Assembly (NCBI GenBank): GCA_043811375.1
Contig: JBDRNJ010000036.1
Span: forward strand, 648-64,647
Direction: 5' to 3'
DNA: 64,000 bases
Source: a bacterium
Lineage (GTDB): Bacteria; Zixibacteria; MSB-5A5; GN15; FEB-12
In this document: piece after piece, positions 35,432-43,358 of the stretch
Position numbering within the stretch: the first letter of the stretch is position 1
How the letters are laid out: the number at the start of each line of letters is the position of its first letter
Position numbers and translations under genes: made by a program
Notes under the pieces: model-generated
What the model was told of the DNA's origin: nothing
Seen by the model: only the letters and a program-made list of their open reading frames with translations
Databases searched by the model: none

Positions 35432-37693
35432 TCAGGGCGCAGTTTTGGCCAGACCCTCGGACTCCATCAGCAGTTTTTTCTCCAGAGCCCGCTCGTCGCA
35501 CCGCCGCCAGTACCGCTCACGAGCATCAGACGTCGAAATCTTCGTGGGAGCATCGGGATAGCGCATACCATCGGCAACAGGGGATGCATACCCCTCATAC
35601 AACCAGTCCAGGACGTTGTTGACAACCATCTGCATTTGCAGCGAGTCAATTGCCAACGGCGTGAAGTTGAAGTGAACCGTTCTGAATGCTGATGTCGGCA
35701 GCCGGATCCCGACCGGTTTGCCTTCCATATTGTAATTCCCGCCGCGGGGGTGGTTAGCCGGCTGGCCGGGCGATTCGGTGTAGGAAGATTTGTAGAGATA
35801 GAGCGGTTCCGTCAGAGTCGTCCTCATACTCCAGTCCACTTCGGGCAGGCCGGGATGCTCTGATCTGTATCCAGTCTCACAGGGCCATCCGCTCCATAAG
35901 TAGCGTTTTTTAAGAAGATTAGTGTCAATAGTCAGATTGGGCCAGTTAATTGAATCGAGAGCGTAGGCACCGTTGAAGTCTTCGACGCGGTCAGGCTCCA
36001 AACCCATTTGGTTGCAGGTGCTGGCAGGATGGCACGCAGTCGCCAGACAGAACCAGCCCGAGTATACCGTCCCGATAACCCCAAAGTAATACATGTAGTC
36101 AAAGCCCGGGTTAACGTGCCAGTTTGGTCCATCTCCCGGGCTGCCAAACGTAGCAGCTCGCCAGGTTGCCCATACATTGACTCCGGCATCGATTGCCTTG
36201 TAGATATTATCCGAGTGAGACATAAATCTGGTGTTGGTGATATTGTCATCATAAAGGATCATAATCTTGTGCTGCAACAATGTCTTCAGCGGCACATCGT
36301 TGACAATGAGAACATTAACATAGTCAGGCGCGAGCCCTCTAAAAATACCGGTGGTACCCATGAATACGTCATCATACTCCACTCCCGTTGGTCCCTGGTC
36401 AATCCACCGGTTAATTGACTTCCTCCAGAATGCCTTGCATGTATCCAGGTGAATCGCTCTTGTCCCCGACAAGCCTCCACCGTGAGATAAGTCGACCACC
36501 ACAATCGCCCGTTCCTTCCTGGGTTCGATGACCGTGAAGGTATCAAAGGCGGGCACCAGATCGGCCACGAAGGCATCATCACGGCACCTCATCCAGAATA
36601 CGAAGTGTTCTTCCACCGTCTCCGTAGGCACATGGTTTCGGAAGACATCATACAAGGTCACGGAATCAGTCAATACCCAAGTGGTGTTGCGAGTGCTGTC
36701 GAAACTGCTGTCCACTAACCGGTTGAAATTGACGGTATCGTCTCGGAAGCCGGGAGCATCAATATAGAGCTTACTGGTGATGCTCGCCCAGGCCGGAAGT
36801 TCCACCGCACCGGAGACGATGTCTGCAACAGCTATCGTGTCGCAGGCAATAGTGACGCTGTCGCCGAAGGTCGTATCGCAATGCTCGACTGTATCCTCAT
36901 AATCGTATAGGAAACCATCGATCGTCACCAGAACCGGTTTCACGAACGAATCAATCAACGCCGTATAAAGAGAATCCGGGTACGGCCCGTACATGCGCCA
37001 TTCATATTCCAGAGGCGGCCAGTCACCCTCGGGATAGTCTATACGGTCCGTACCGTACCAGAACAGCCTCACACCGGCTACAATACTCTCAGAAGTACCG
37101 TTGACAAATGGCAGATAATGCCGGTATGCCTGTCGTTGCATTTCTGATTCCGGGGGGTGGTCGTTTCGGGAGAACAAGCGAAAGACGATATCCGACCCCA
37201 GGCCTTCCATGTCAAACGCCTGCAGAAAAACCCACTGGGAAACAAACGAGTTCACCGGGTCATTGGGGTCGGCAGCCAGCATGATCGTATTTTCAGTATG
37301 CGGGTCAGATTCAGCCGGGTCTACATCAATTATGGTCCACTCGGAATCGTTCAGGGTATCGATATAGTCCTCCGGAGCAGTAAAACCGACCCGATTTACG
37401 GTAACCACGTGGTAGCGGTAGTAGTCAATCAGTCCGTCCGGATCGCTGCCAAACCAGTACACCACCGGGTTCCGAGAGAACCGCTGGCCTTCCAGCGGTA
37501 TGTTGACGAACTCCACGACCGGTTTCTGATTCTGGAAGGTTACACCCTCGAGAGTCTCGGTACAACCGGCCAGATACATTATTGCTGCCGCGGCGGCCAG
37601 CAGCGTCAAGGCTGCTATCACCATCGTCAGTCTCATCTTTCTCATCCCTTCGCGCACTATCTTTGCTTTCATAATAGCCTGTCGTCCTCTCAA
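35432..37693 (-). CDS. Large lipoprotein of unknown function (third gene of the OMP-PorV-like triad)
   Basis: Signal peptide with lipobox MYLAGC. I recognise no domain. The ORF start overlaps the PorV-like stop (ATGA); the true start may be the internal MRKMRL at 37645. Confidence 0.6.
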   Translation of the reverse strand: MRGRQAIMKAKIVREGMRKMRLTMVIAALTLLAAAAAIMYLAGCTETLEGVTFQNQKPVVEFVNIPLEGQRFSRNPVVYWFGSDPDGLIDYYRYHVVTVNRVGFTAPEDYIDTLNDSEWTIIDVDPAESDPHTENTIMLAADPNDPVNSFVSQWVFLQAFDMEGLGSDIVFRLFSRNDHPPESEMQRQAYRHYLPFVNGTSESIVAGVRLFWYGTDRIDYPEGDWPPLEYEWRMYGPYPDSLYTALIDSFVKPVLVTIDGFLYDYEDTVEHCDTTFGDSVTIACDTIAVADIVSGAVELPAWASITSKLYIDAPGFRDDTVNFNRLVDSSFDSTRNTTWVLTDSVTLYDVFRNHVPTETVEEHFVFWMRCRDDAFVADLVPAFDTFTVIEPRKERAIVVVDLSHGGGLSGTRAIHLDTCKAFWRKSINRWIDQGPTGVEYDDVFMGTTGIFRGLAPDYVNVLIVNDVPLKTLLQHKIMILYDDNITNTRFMSHSDNIYKAIDAGVNVWATWRAATFGSPGDGPNWHVNPGFDYMYYFGVIGTVYSGWFCLATACHPASTCNQMGLEPDRVEDFNGAYALDSINWPNLTIDTNLLKKRYLWSGWPCETGYRSEHPGLPEVDWSMRTTLTEPLYLYKSSYTESPGQPANHPRGGNYNMEGKPVGIRLPTSAFRTVHFNFTPLAIDSLQMQMVVNNVLDWLYEGYASPVADGMRYPDAPTKISTSDARERYWRRCDERALEKKLLMESEGLAKTAP

Positions 37694-38673
37694 AACGCCA
37701 TGGTCATCGTGAATCGGTGAATTTCAGTGAGCACTCCGAAATCCTGGTAAGCATAATCGAATCCCAGTTCACCTTCCTCGCCAAACGGCAGCCGCAGGCC
37801 GCCGCCGGCCGTGAAACCGTCAACATTATAGTTGAAACGACCGCCGGTCCGGAGAATGAAACGGTCCATGAATATGTACTCGATGCCAGTGTTATACTTT
37901 TCCAGATTGTCCGACGGGTGGGAACCCTCAAGAGCAAAAGTCACCAGATGGTTATCGCCTTCTACCACATTAATAGCGCCACCGAACTTGAAGTTTATCG
38001 GCAGCGGAAAGGCGTTCTGGATAAACTTCATATCGGGACCGAAATTGGTGATCCCCATACCGATACGGAATCCACGAAAGCCGGTGTTGAACAGCGTGCC
38101 GACATCGGCCGCCCAACCGTTGGCGGAGTAGGAATGCACCTTCTCGTGCACGTACTTCACCGTGACGCCAATGGAAAATCGATCGGTCAGATAGCGTCCG
38201 TAGCTCACAGCCAGAGCCATATCGGTCCAGGTGAAGGTTTGCCCGGTGGGAATCCGGTTGTAGTCCGTCTCGTCAATCGAGCCGGAGGACAGGCCATAAG
38301 CACTAATGCCTAACACGCCTCCGATCGACTCCAGGGGCAACCCCAGTGCGGCAAACCCATAGCCGATATCAGCCGGCATCTGGACATAGGTGAAGGCTGC
38401 CTCCCGGCCGTATAGATAGGTGAGACCAGCCGGGTTGTAATAGACCGACGAGATGTCATCGGAGACGGCCACAAAGGCTTCCGCCATACCCATCGCCCGA
38501 GCCGAAACTCCCAATTCCAGAAACTGGGCGCCGGTAGTACCCACCTTGGCCTGTGCCCGCACCGTCACCGGACTGAGCATGACTGCCAGACCCAGCAATA
38601 CAACGAAGCTCGTCAGCAACGGAGTCGGATATCGCCTTCCCCAGGTGACTAAACGACTATCTTTGAAAACCAT
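37690..38673 (-). CDS. PorV/PorQ family outer-membrane beta-barrel protein
   Basis: Signal peptide ending VRAQA, then the family hallmark GTTGAQFLELGVSARAMGMAEAFVAVSDDISSVYYNPAGL. Alternating beta-strand pattern through to the C-terminal F. Confidence 0.75.
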   Translation of the reverse strand: MVFKDSRLVTWGRRYPTPLLTSFVVLLGLAVMLSPVTVRAQAKVGTTGAQFLELGVSARAMGMAEAFVAVSDDISSVYYNPAGLTYLYGREAAFTYVQMPADIGYGFAALGLPLESIGGVLGISAYGLSSGSIDETDYNRIPTGQTFTWTDMALAVSYGRYLTDRFSIGVTVKYVHEKVHSYSANGWAADVGTLFNTGFRGFRIGMGITNFGPDMKFIQNAFPLPINFKFGGAINVVEGDNHLVTFALEGSHPSDNLEKYNTGIEYIFMDRFILRTGGRFNYNVDGFTAGGGLRLPFGEEGELGFDYAYQDFGVLTEIHRFTMTMAF

Positions 38674-38716
38674 GGTATCCTCTTCTATGTATCAATGCCA
38701 ATTGTCTTCTCATTAG

Positions 38717-41700
38717 CTACAGATTCAGCTCCAAACCAATCCTGATCTGCCGTCCGTAATCCCAATTGGATGGATTCCTGTCATACTCTGTGCCACCGAT
38801 GATAGCTCTCCCCAGTGGTGGCTGAGAGGTGTCGGCCCGTCCGGTCTTAGTGTACACCTCGGTGACATTGCGACTGTCGAATACGTTTTCAACCCAGAGG
38901 ATGTAGCTGCAGTCAAGACCCACAAACTTGAAGTCCTTGGTAAAACGGACATCAAAATTAATGACCGACGGCATCCGCATCGAGTTCCGCTGAATGTCCT
39001 CGCCACTTCCGGAAGCTACGATATTCGGGTACGATGGATCGGGTGTGAACGGTCGGCCGCTCTCGATCCGGGCAATAACAGCCGTAGACCAGGAATTCGG
39101 AATAGGCAGCCCGAACAGCCGCGGCTTAACCGTACTGGGCACGAACACCTGAATGCTGGCGTTGAGCTTATGCCGAACGTCATTATCCAGCGGCGCCTCC
39201 GACAACGGCTCCCGTGCCACCTGAGTCGGCGACTGCCAGTCACGAGCCGCCTCTGAGGCCTTACCAAAGGCAAAGGAGTACACATAACTCATCGAACCGT
39301 TGACATAGCCACCACCACGTTTCTCAAGTAGAATCTCAAAGCCGCGGCTGCGACCATAGTCACGGTTCCGGTACTGCTGATGTTCCAGCCCGCTTATACG
39401 GACATTGGAAGCGTTGATCTTGTCAAACTCATCCTTGAAGTAGCCCTGAATGTCAACCGAGTAATCCGAAGACATGGCATATTTAACGCCGAAGGAATAC
39501 TGGATCGTTTTCTTGTAGTCCAGGTTGTAATTGCCGATGATCGTGTTGGCATCCACCGTGGCCGTGTTCCGCGCGTACATATAAGACAGCGGCGGCATCT
39601 GATAAAAGTGACCGTAGTTGAAATAAACCTTGGCTTTGTCGGAAATGGGATAGGAGAAACCCAGGCGCGGCGACAGCTTCTGACGGTCACCCAGGATAAC
39701 GCCCGAACTCAGGTCGTCATTCTGTGCTACCGGTACCAGCTTGTCCTTGTCCTGAATAAAGAAATCCCAACGCAGGCCAAGCGACGCGATCATCGAACCA
39801 TATGCCATCTTATCGCGCAGATAAACCGTTCCGGCCCACGGGCTATACTCAAACATATCTCGGAACGAACCCCGATTGGGATATGGCCCGCCGTCGCTGC
39901 GGCCCGTATAAAGCACGTACGGCTCTTCAATGTGCTGGTAGACGAAATCCAGCCGGCGTATCGATGCACCCCCCTTGACCTGGTGGGCACCCATCTCCCG
40001 AAAGATTTTCAACTCACCCCGATAGGTATCGGTCCGGTGATAGTGCCACTGGGATTCCTCGTCATAAGTCAACGGATCAAGAAAAGTACTACTGCCGCCG
40101 GCATCGTGGATACCGTTGCCGTTGACGTCCCGGTAAGGTTCCCCTTCGTCGTACTGGAAGTTGCGATAATCATACAGGCCGTTGCCGTTACGGTCAATGT
40201 AAGGGATACCCGGTGTCCACGGATCGCCGGGACCATCACGCAGGCCGTTATAATTGTAGTCCATATTTTCCGGGCAAACACATATAGTGAATTGGTCGAT
40301 ACCTTCATCATAGCTGTTGTTGCTGTTGATATCTATGAAGGGTTCGCCGATTATCGAATCACCATCGATATACGGTTCTTCCGTGGGCGGCCTGATGTTC
40401 TTCTCCCGGTAGTTGTCCAGTATCCCATTACCATTCTTGTCATGAAGGTAGTCGCCGGCATCCCACACACTATTGCCGTTCAGATCAACAAAGGCCTCAC
40501 CTTCCATATAGTCGAGATAACCGTTCTGATTGAAGCGAAAGTCCGACAACTCAGCCGTTCCGCTCTGGACGTTCTGATCATACCGGTACTCACCCCGGTC
40601 GGCCAGGTACTCCCCGTAGGTATAAGCCGGCCCGGTGAAGCCGGTGCCGTACTCAGCCGTGTCCGGATACAGGTTTATGATCGGCTCGGGAGGATCATAC
40701 ACGCCATTCCTATTGTTGGGATCATCATCAAACCACTCCCACTGTTGCTCCAGGGGAATTTGGGGGGGGTCGACACCATGGCCCGGGTTATCGGGATCGC
40801 CCGGCTTCCGAGTGTAACTGCGTCGCGTGAAGGACAGAATCATTTCGTAGTTGGTGTTTTTTGACAGGGACTGCAGAACTTCAAGCGAAATCGTCCTCAG
40901 TTTGACTTCAGAAATTGGAGCTGTGGCGGAAGTGTATCGATAGGACCAGCCAAACATTGTGTTGCGATCTTCCGTATCCTTGTAGGACAAGATGAACTTG
41001 AGGTTCTGCCGCGGGCGGAATTTCAGGTTCATCATCCAGTGATAGCGATTCTGAAGACGCTCCGGAATCTTGACACCCATCAGGTTGAAGAACCCCCAGT
41101 CTCGATGCGTAGTGGGAGAATCATACCGCTGGTACTGGTTGAAGCCGTCAGACTTGTCGACCTCTGCATATAAGTAATAGGTGAATTCACGGTCCTCCAT
41201 GAAATTCAGCCCTAAAGCCGGTAATATCCGGCTTCTGAGAATCGGATCGGGACCATGGACGGAAAAACGCACGTAATCCTGGTTACGGGAGTACTTATTC
41301 AGATCAGAATTACCGAAGTCATCGGTGATAAACATCATGTTCATGCGCGTGTTGTCTTTTGAGCCGGTGCGGGTGGTAATCTTGATAATTCCCGATACGG
41401 CGTCACCGTACTCGGGGTCGAATCCATCCTTGATTACCGTAAGTTCCTGAATGGACCCGGAGACCAGCGACAGGTTGGCGCCGGCTTGACCGACCCCGGC
41501 CAGGGGATCATCAATCGGGACACCATCAAGAATGTAGGAAACTTCGCCGGCGCGGCCGCCACGGATGAAGATCTCACCCTCGCGACCCGTTACCACACCG
41601 GTCACCTGTTTCAACAGGTCCTGAACCGTGGTGACGGGCTGTACGTTGATCGCTTCGGCGGTCATAGTCACCTCCGAGGAGACCTCCGTAATGTTCAGCG

Positions 41701-42079
41701 GATCCCGCTCGGCCCGGACCACGATCTTGTCCAGTTCGGTGGTTTTCTCCTGCATCTGAACCAGCACCTCCTTGGTCTGGTCCGATTTTACCTCCACATC
41801 CGTTACCTCCACCTCGGCATAGTGGATGTGAGTGACTTTAAGAACGTAACTACCAGGCTCAACCTGAGTGATGAGATATTTTCCGTCGGCGTCGGTCATA
41901 TCTCCGCGAACCGTTCCCATCACCATTATTGATGCGCCAAAAACCGGTTCACCCGTGTTTTTGTCTGTAATTACTCCTTTTATCTTACCGGTCGCAGCAG
42001 CCTGCAGACCTGTTGGTAAAGCCATCACACAAGCGGCCAGAACCAGCATCCAAATCATCTGCCGTTGGCAACGTAGCAT
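38717..42079 (-). CDS. Giant outer-membrane protein: CarboxypepD_reg domain, TonB-dependent-receptor-like plug and barrel, with an inserted calcium-binding repeat region
   Basis: Signal peptide. GKIKGVITDKNTGEPVFGASIMV...GSYVLKVTHIHY is carboxypeptidase-regulatory-like. The plug-like segment is VTGREGEIFIRGGRAGEVSYILDGVPIDD. There is a long beta-rich C-terminus. D-x-N/D-G-N-G-x-x-D repeats lie around aa 515-670. Confidence 0.75.
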   Translation of the reverse strand: MLRCQRQMIWMLVLAACVMALPTGLQAAATGKIKGVITDKNTGEPVFGASIMVMGTVRGDMTDADGKYLITQVEPGSYVLKVTHIHYAEVEVTDVEVKSDQTKEVLVQMQEKTTELDKIVVRAERDPLNITEVSSEVTMTAEAINVQPVTTVQDLLKQVTGVVTGREGEIFIRGGRAGEVSYILDGVPIDDPLAGVGQAGANLSLVSGSIQELTVIKDGFDPEYGDAVSGIIKITTRTGSKDNTRMNMMFITDDFGNSDLNKYSRNQDYVRFSVHGPDPILRSRILPALGLNFMEDREFTYYLYAEVDKSDGFNQYQRYDSPTTHRDWGFFNLMGVKIPERLQNRYHWMMNLKFRPRQNLKFILSYKDTEDRNTMFGWSYRYTSATAPISEVKLRTISLEVLQSLSKNTNYEMILSFTRRSYTRKPGDPDNPGHGVDPPQIPLEQQWEWFDDDPNNRNGVYDPPEPIINLYPDTAEYGTGFTGPAYTYGEYLADRGEYRYDQNVQSGTAELSDFRFNQNGYLDYMEGEAFVDLNGNSVWDAGDYLHDKNGNGILDNYREKNIRPPTEEPYIDGDSIIGEPFIDINSNNSYDEGIDQFTICVCPENMDYNYNGLRDGPGDPWTPGIPYIDRNGNGLYDYRNFQYDEGEPYRDVNGNGIHDAGGSSTFLDPLTYDEESQWHYHRTDTYRGELKIFREMGAHQVKGGASIRRLDFVYQHIEEPYVLYTGRSDGGPYPNRGSFRDMFEYSPWAGTVYLRDKMAYGSMIASLGLRWDFFIQDKDKLVPVAQNDDLSSGVILGDRQKLSPRLGFSYPISDKAKVYFNYGHFYQMPPLSYMYARNTATVDANTIIGNYNLDYKKTIQYSFGVKYAMSSDYSVDIQGYFKDEFDKINASNVRISGLEHQQYRNRDYGRSRGFEILLEKRGGGYVNGSMSYVYSFAFGKASEAARDWQSPTQVAREPLSEAPLDNDVRHKLNASIQVFVPSTVKPRLFGLPIPNSWSTAVIARIESGRPFTPDPSYPNIVASGSGEDIQRNSMRMPSVINFDVRFTKDFKFVGLDCSYILWVENVFDSRNVTEVYTKTGRADTSQPPLGRAIIGGTEYDRNPSNWDYGRQIRIGLELNL

Positions 42080-42313
42080 TTTTCTGTCTCCTCGAAATTG
42101 CAGCTATATTGTCACAAACAAGTCGATATCGTATACTCAGATCGGCATCCGGTATGAGTCTGCCTCACCCTTGATAAACAGCAACCGAAATCTGCCGGGC
42201 CGGGCAGTTAACGGTCAGAAGTCTCAGCCGGAACACCTGATCACACTCACATTTCATAACGGTTGAGCGGATTAACATTGCAGATCCGTCTTCCCAACCT
42301 TAGTAGTCAGAGC

Positions 42314-42343
42314 ATAATAATTCCGCTTCGCCCGGCAAGTCAA
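42314..42343 (-). promoter_or_regulatory. Candidate sigma-70-type promoter (TTGACT-18 nt-TATTAT) for the OMP triad
   Basis: Read on the minus strand. It would give a leader of about 225 nt before the ATG at 42079. The -35 lies inside a CCGCTT/AAGCGG hairpin, so the call is tentative. Confidence 0.3.
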
Positions 42344-42398
42344 GCGGTTTTTTCCCTTCATACCTCATGATGATAGACTGCTGGGGAACAGGCTCCGT

Positions 42399-43193
42399 TT
42401 AAAGAAAAGTCCGCCTGGCCAAAGGATTTTCTTTCAGATCACGCTCACGTTTTTGTATTTCCCGCAACGCCTCGGCATTTAACCGCGCCATGGTCACCGG
42501 AACCTCAAGGGAAACGCCCACTTCCTGTGCGAATAATGTTGCCGCCCGATCAAACTGCTTCCGAGTAAACGGTGCCGGCAGAGCGCAATAACTGCGTTGC
42601 ACGCGCCCTGGCAGTGCCCGATGCAGTGCCACACCGCCCAATTTGATGGAGCCATGCTGCAACAGTGCCGAGCGTGTGCGCCGCTGAGCGGATGCTATAA
42701 TTTTGCCTGAGTGAGTAATAATCTCATGCCTGGCTACCGATTCAAAGCACGGCGTAGTGTGCAGAACACCGCGTTGCGATTCGGTCGCTGATGACTGCCT
42801 GACATATCGGGATTCGATCCCCAGCCGTTTCAGGAAACGAATCAGAACCGCCGCGATCCACTCCGAGGTCTGCCGCAACGAACCTTCCAGATGACTTGTC
42901 CCCGGATTGAGCCGATTGGCGGCCACTGCATAAGTCAGTTCGGACGGTTCGTGAAAAATGGCCCGACCACCCGTTACCCGCCGGATAACGGTAGTGTTAC
43001 CCAGTCGGGACGGATCCAGCGCCGTCTCGGCCCGCTGATTCATCCCCAATGTTATCGTTGGGGATGCCCAGGTATACAGCCTCAGGAATACCTGACCGGG
43101 GTGAAGCGATGCCCGAGCGGCCAGCCACTCATCGACAGCCATGTTCCGCAGGGACTCGCCTGCGAAATGTCGGTAGAATACAGCCGTTGTCAC
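42399..43193 (-). CDS. Biotin/lipoate A/B protein ligase family protein (LplA/LipM-like catalytic domain only)
   Basis: LRLYTWASPTITLGMNQ...VIRRVTGGRAIFHE.SELTYAV...GSIK pattern of the BPL_LplA_LipB catalytic domain; 264 aa. Confidence 0.7.
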   Translation of the reverse strand: MTTAVFYRHFAGESLRNMAVDEWLAARASLHPGQVFLRLYTWASPTITLGMNQRAETALDPSRLGNTTVIRRVTGGRAIFHEPSELTYAVAANRLNPGTSHLEGSLRQTSEWIAAVLIRFLKRLGIESRYVRQSSATESQRGVLHTTPCFESVARHEIITHSGKIIASAQRRTRSALLQHGSIKLGGVALHRALPGRVQRSYCALPAPFTRKQFDRAATLFAQEVGVSLEVPVTMARLNAEALREIQKRERDLKENPLARRTFL

Positions 43194-43358
43194 CAGCCCA
43201 AATTAAGGCATAACATCGGCTGGAGCAAGTCTGCCGCAACGATGCCACCCGGAATCGGATACTTGCACCCAATCCGGTGGAGCACCGGCGAACTCAGATA
43301 TGCTGGATAGGTAATTATCCGAGACGGGGCAATGTTCGCCGCGCCGGATTAACGCCGC

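Noticed and set aside
39380-40864. 494-aa plus-strand ORF, the longest unassigned ORF in the track
   Set aside because: It is entirely antisense to the 1120-aa OMP gene. Its V/I/R/G-rich low-complexity translation has no motifs, which is the typical shadow ORF of a GC-rich gene.
43194-43358. Sigma-54 promoter search upstream of the lipoate-ligase-like gene (GCAACGATGCCA read on the minus strand)
   Set aside because: The GG-to-GC spacing is three nt too short for a -24/-12 element.
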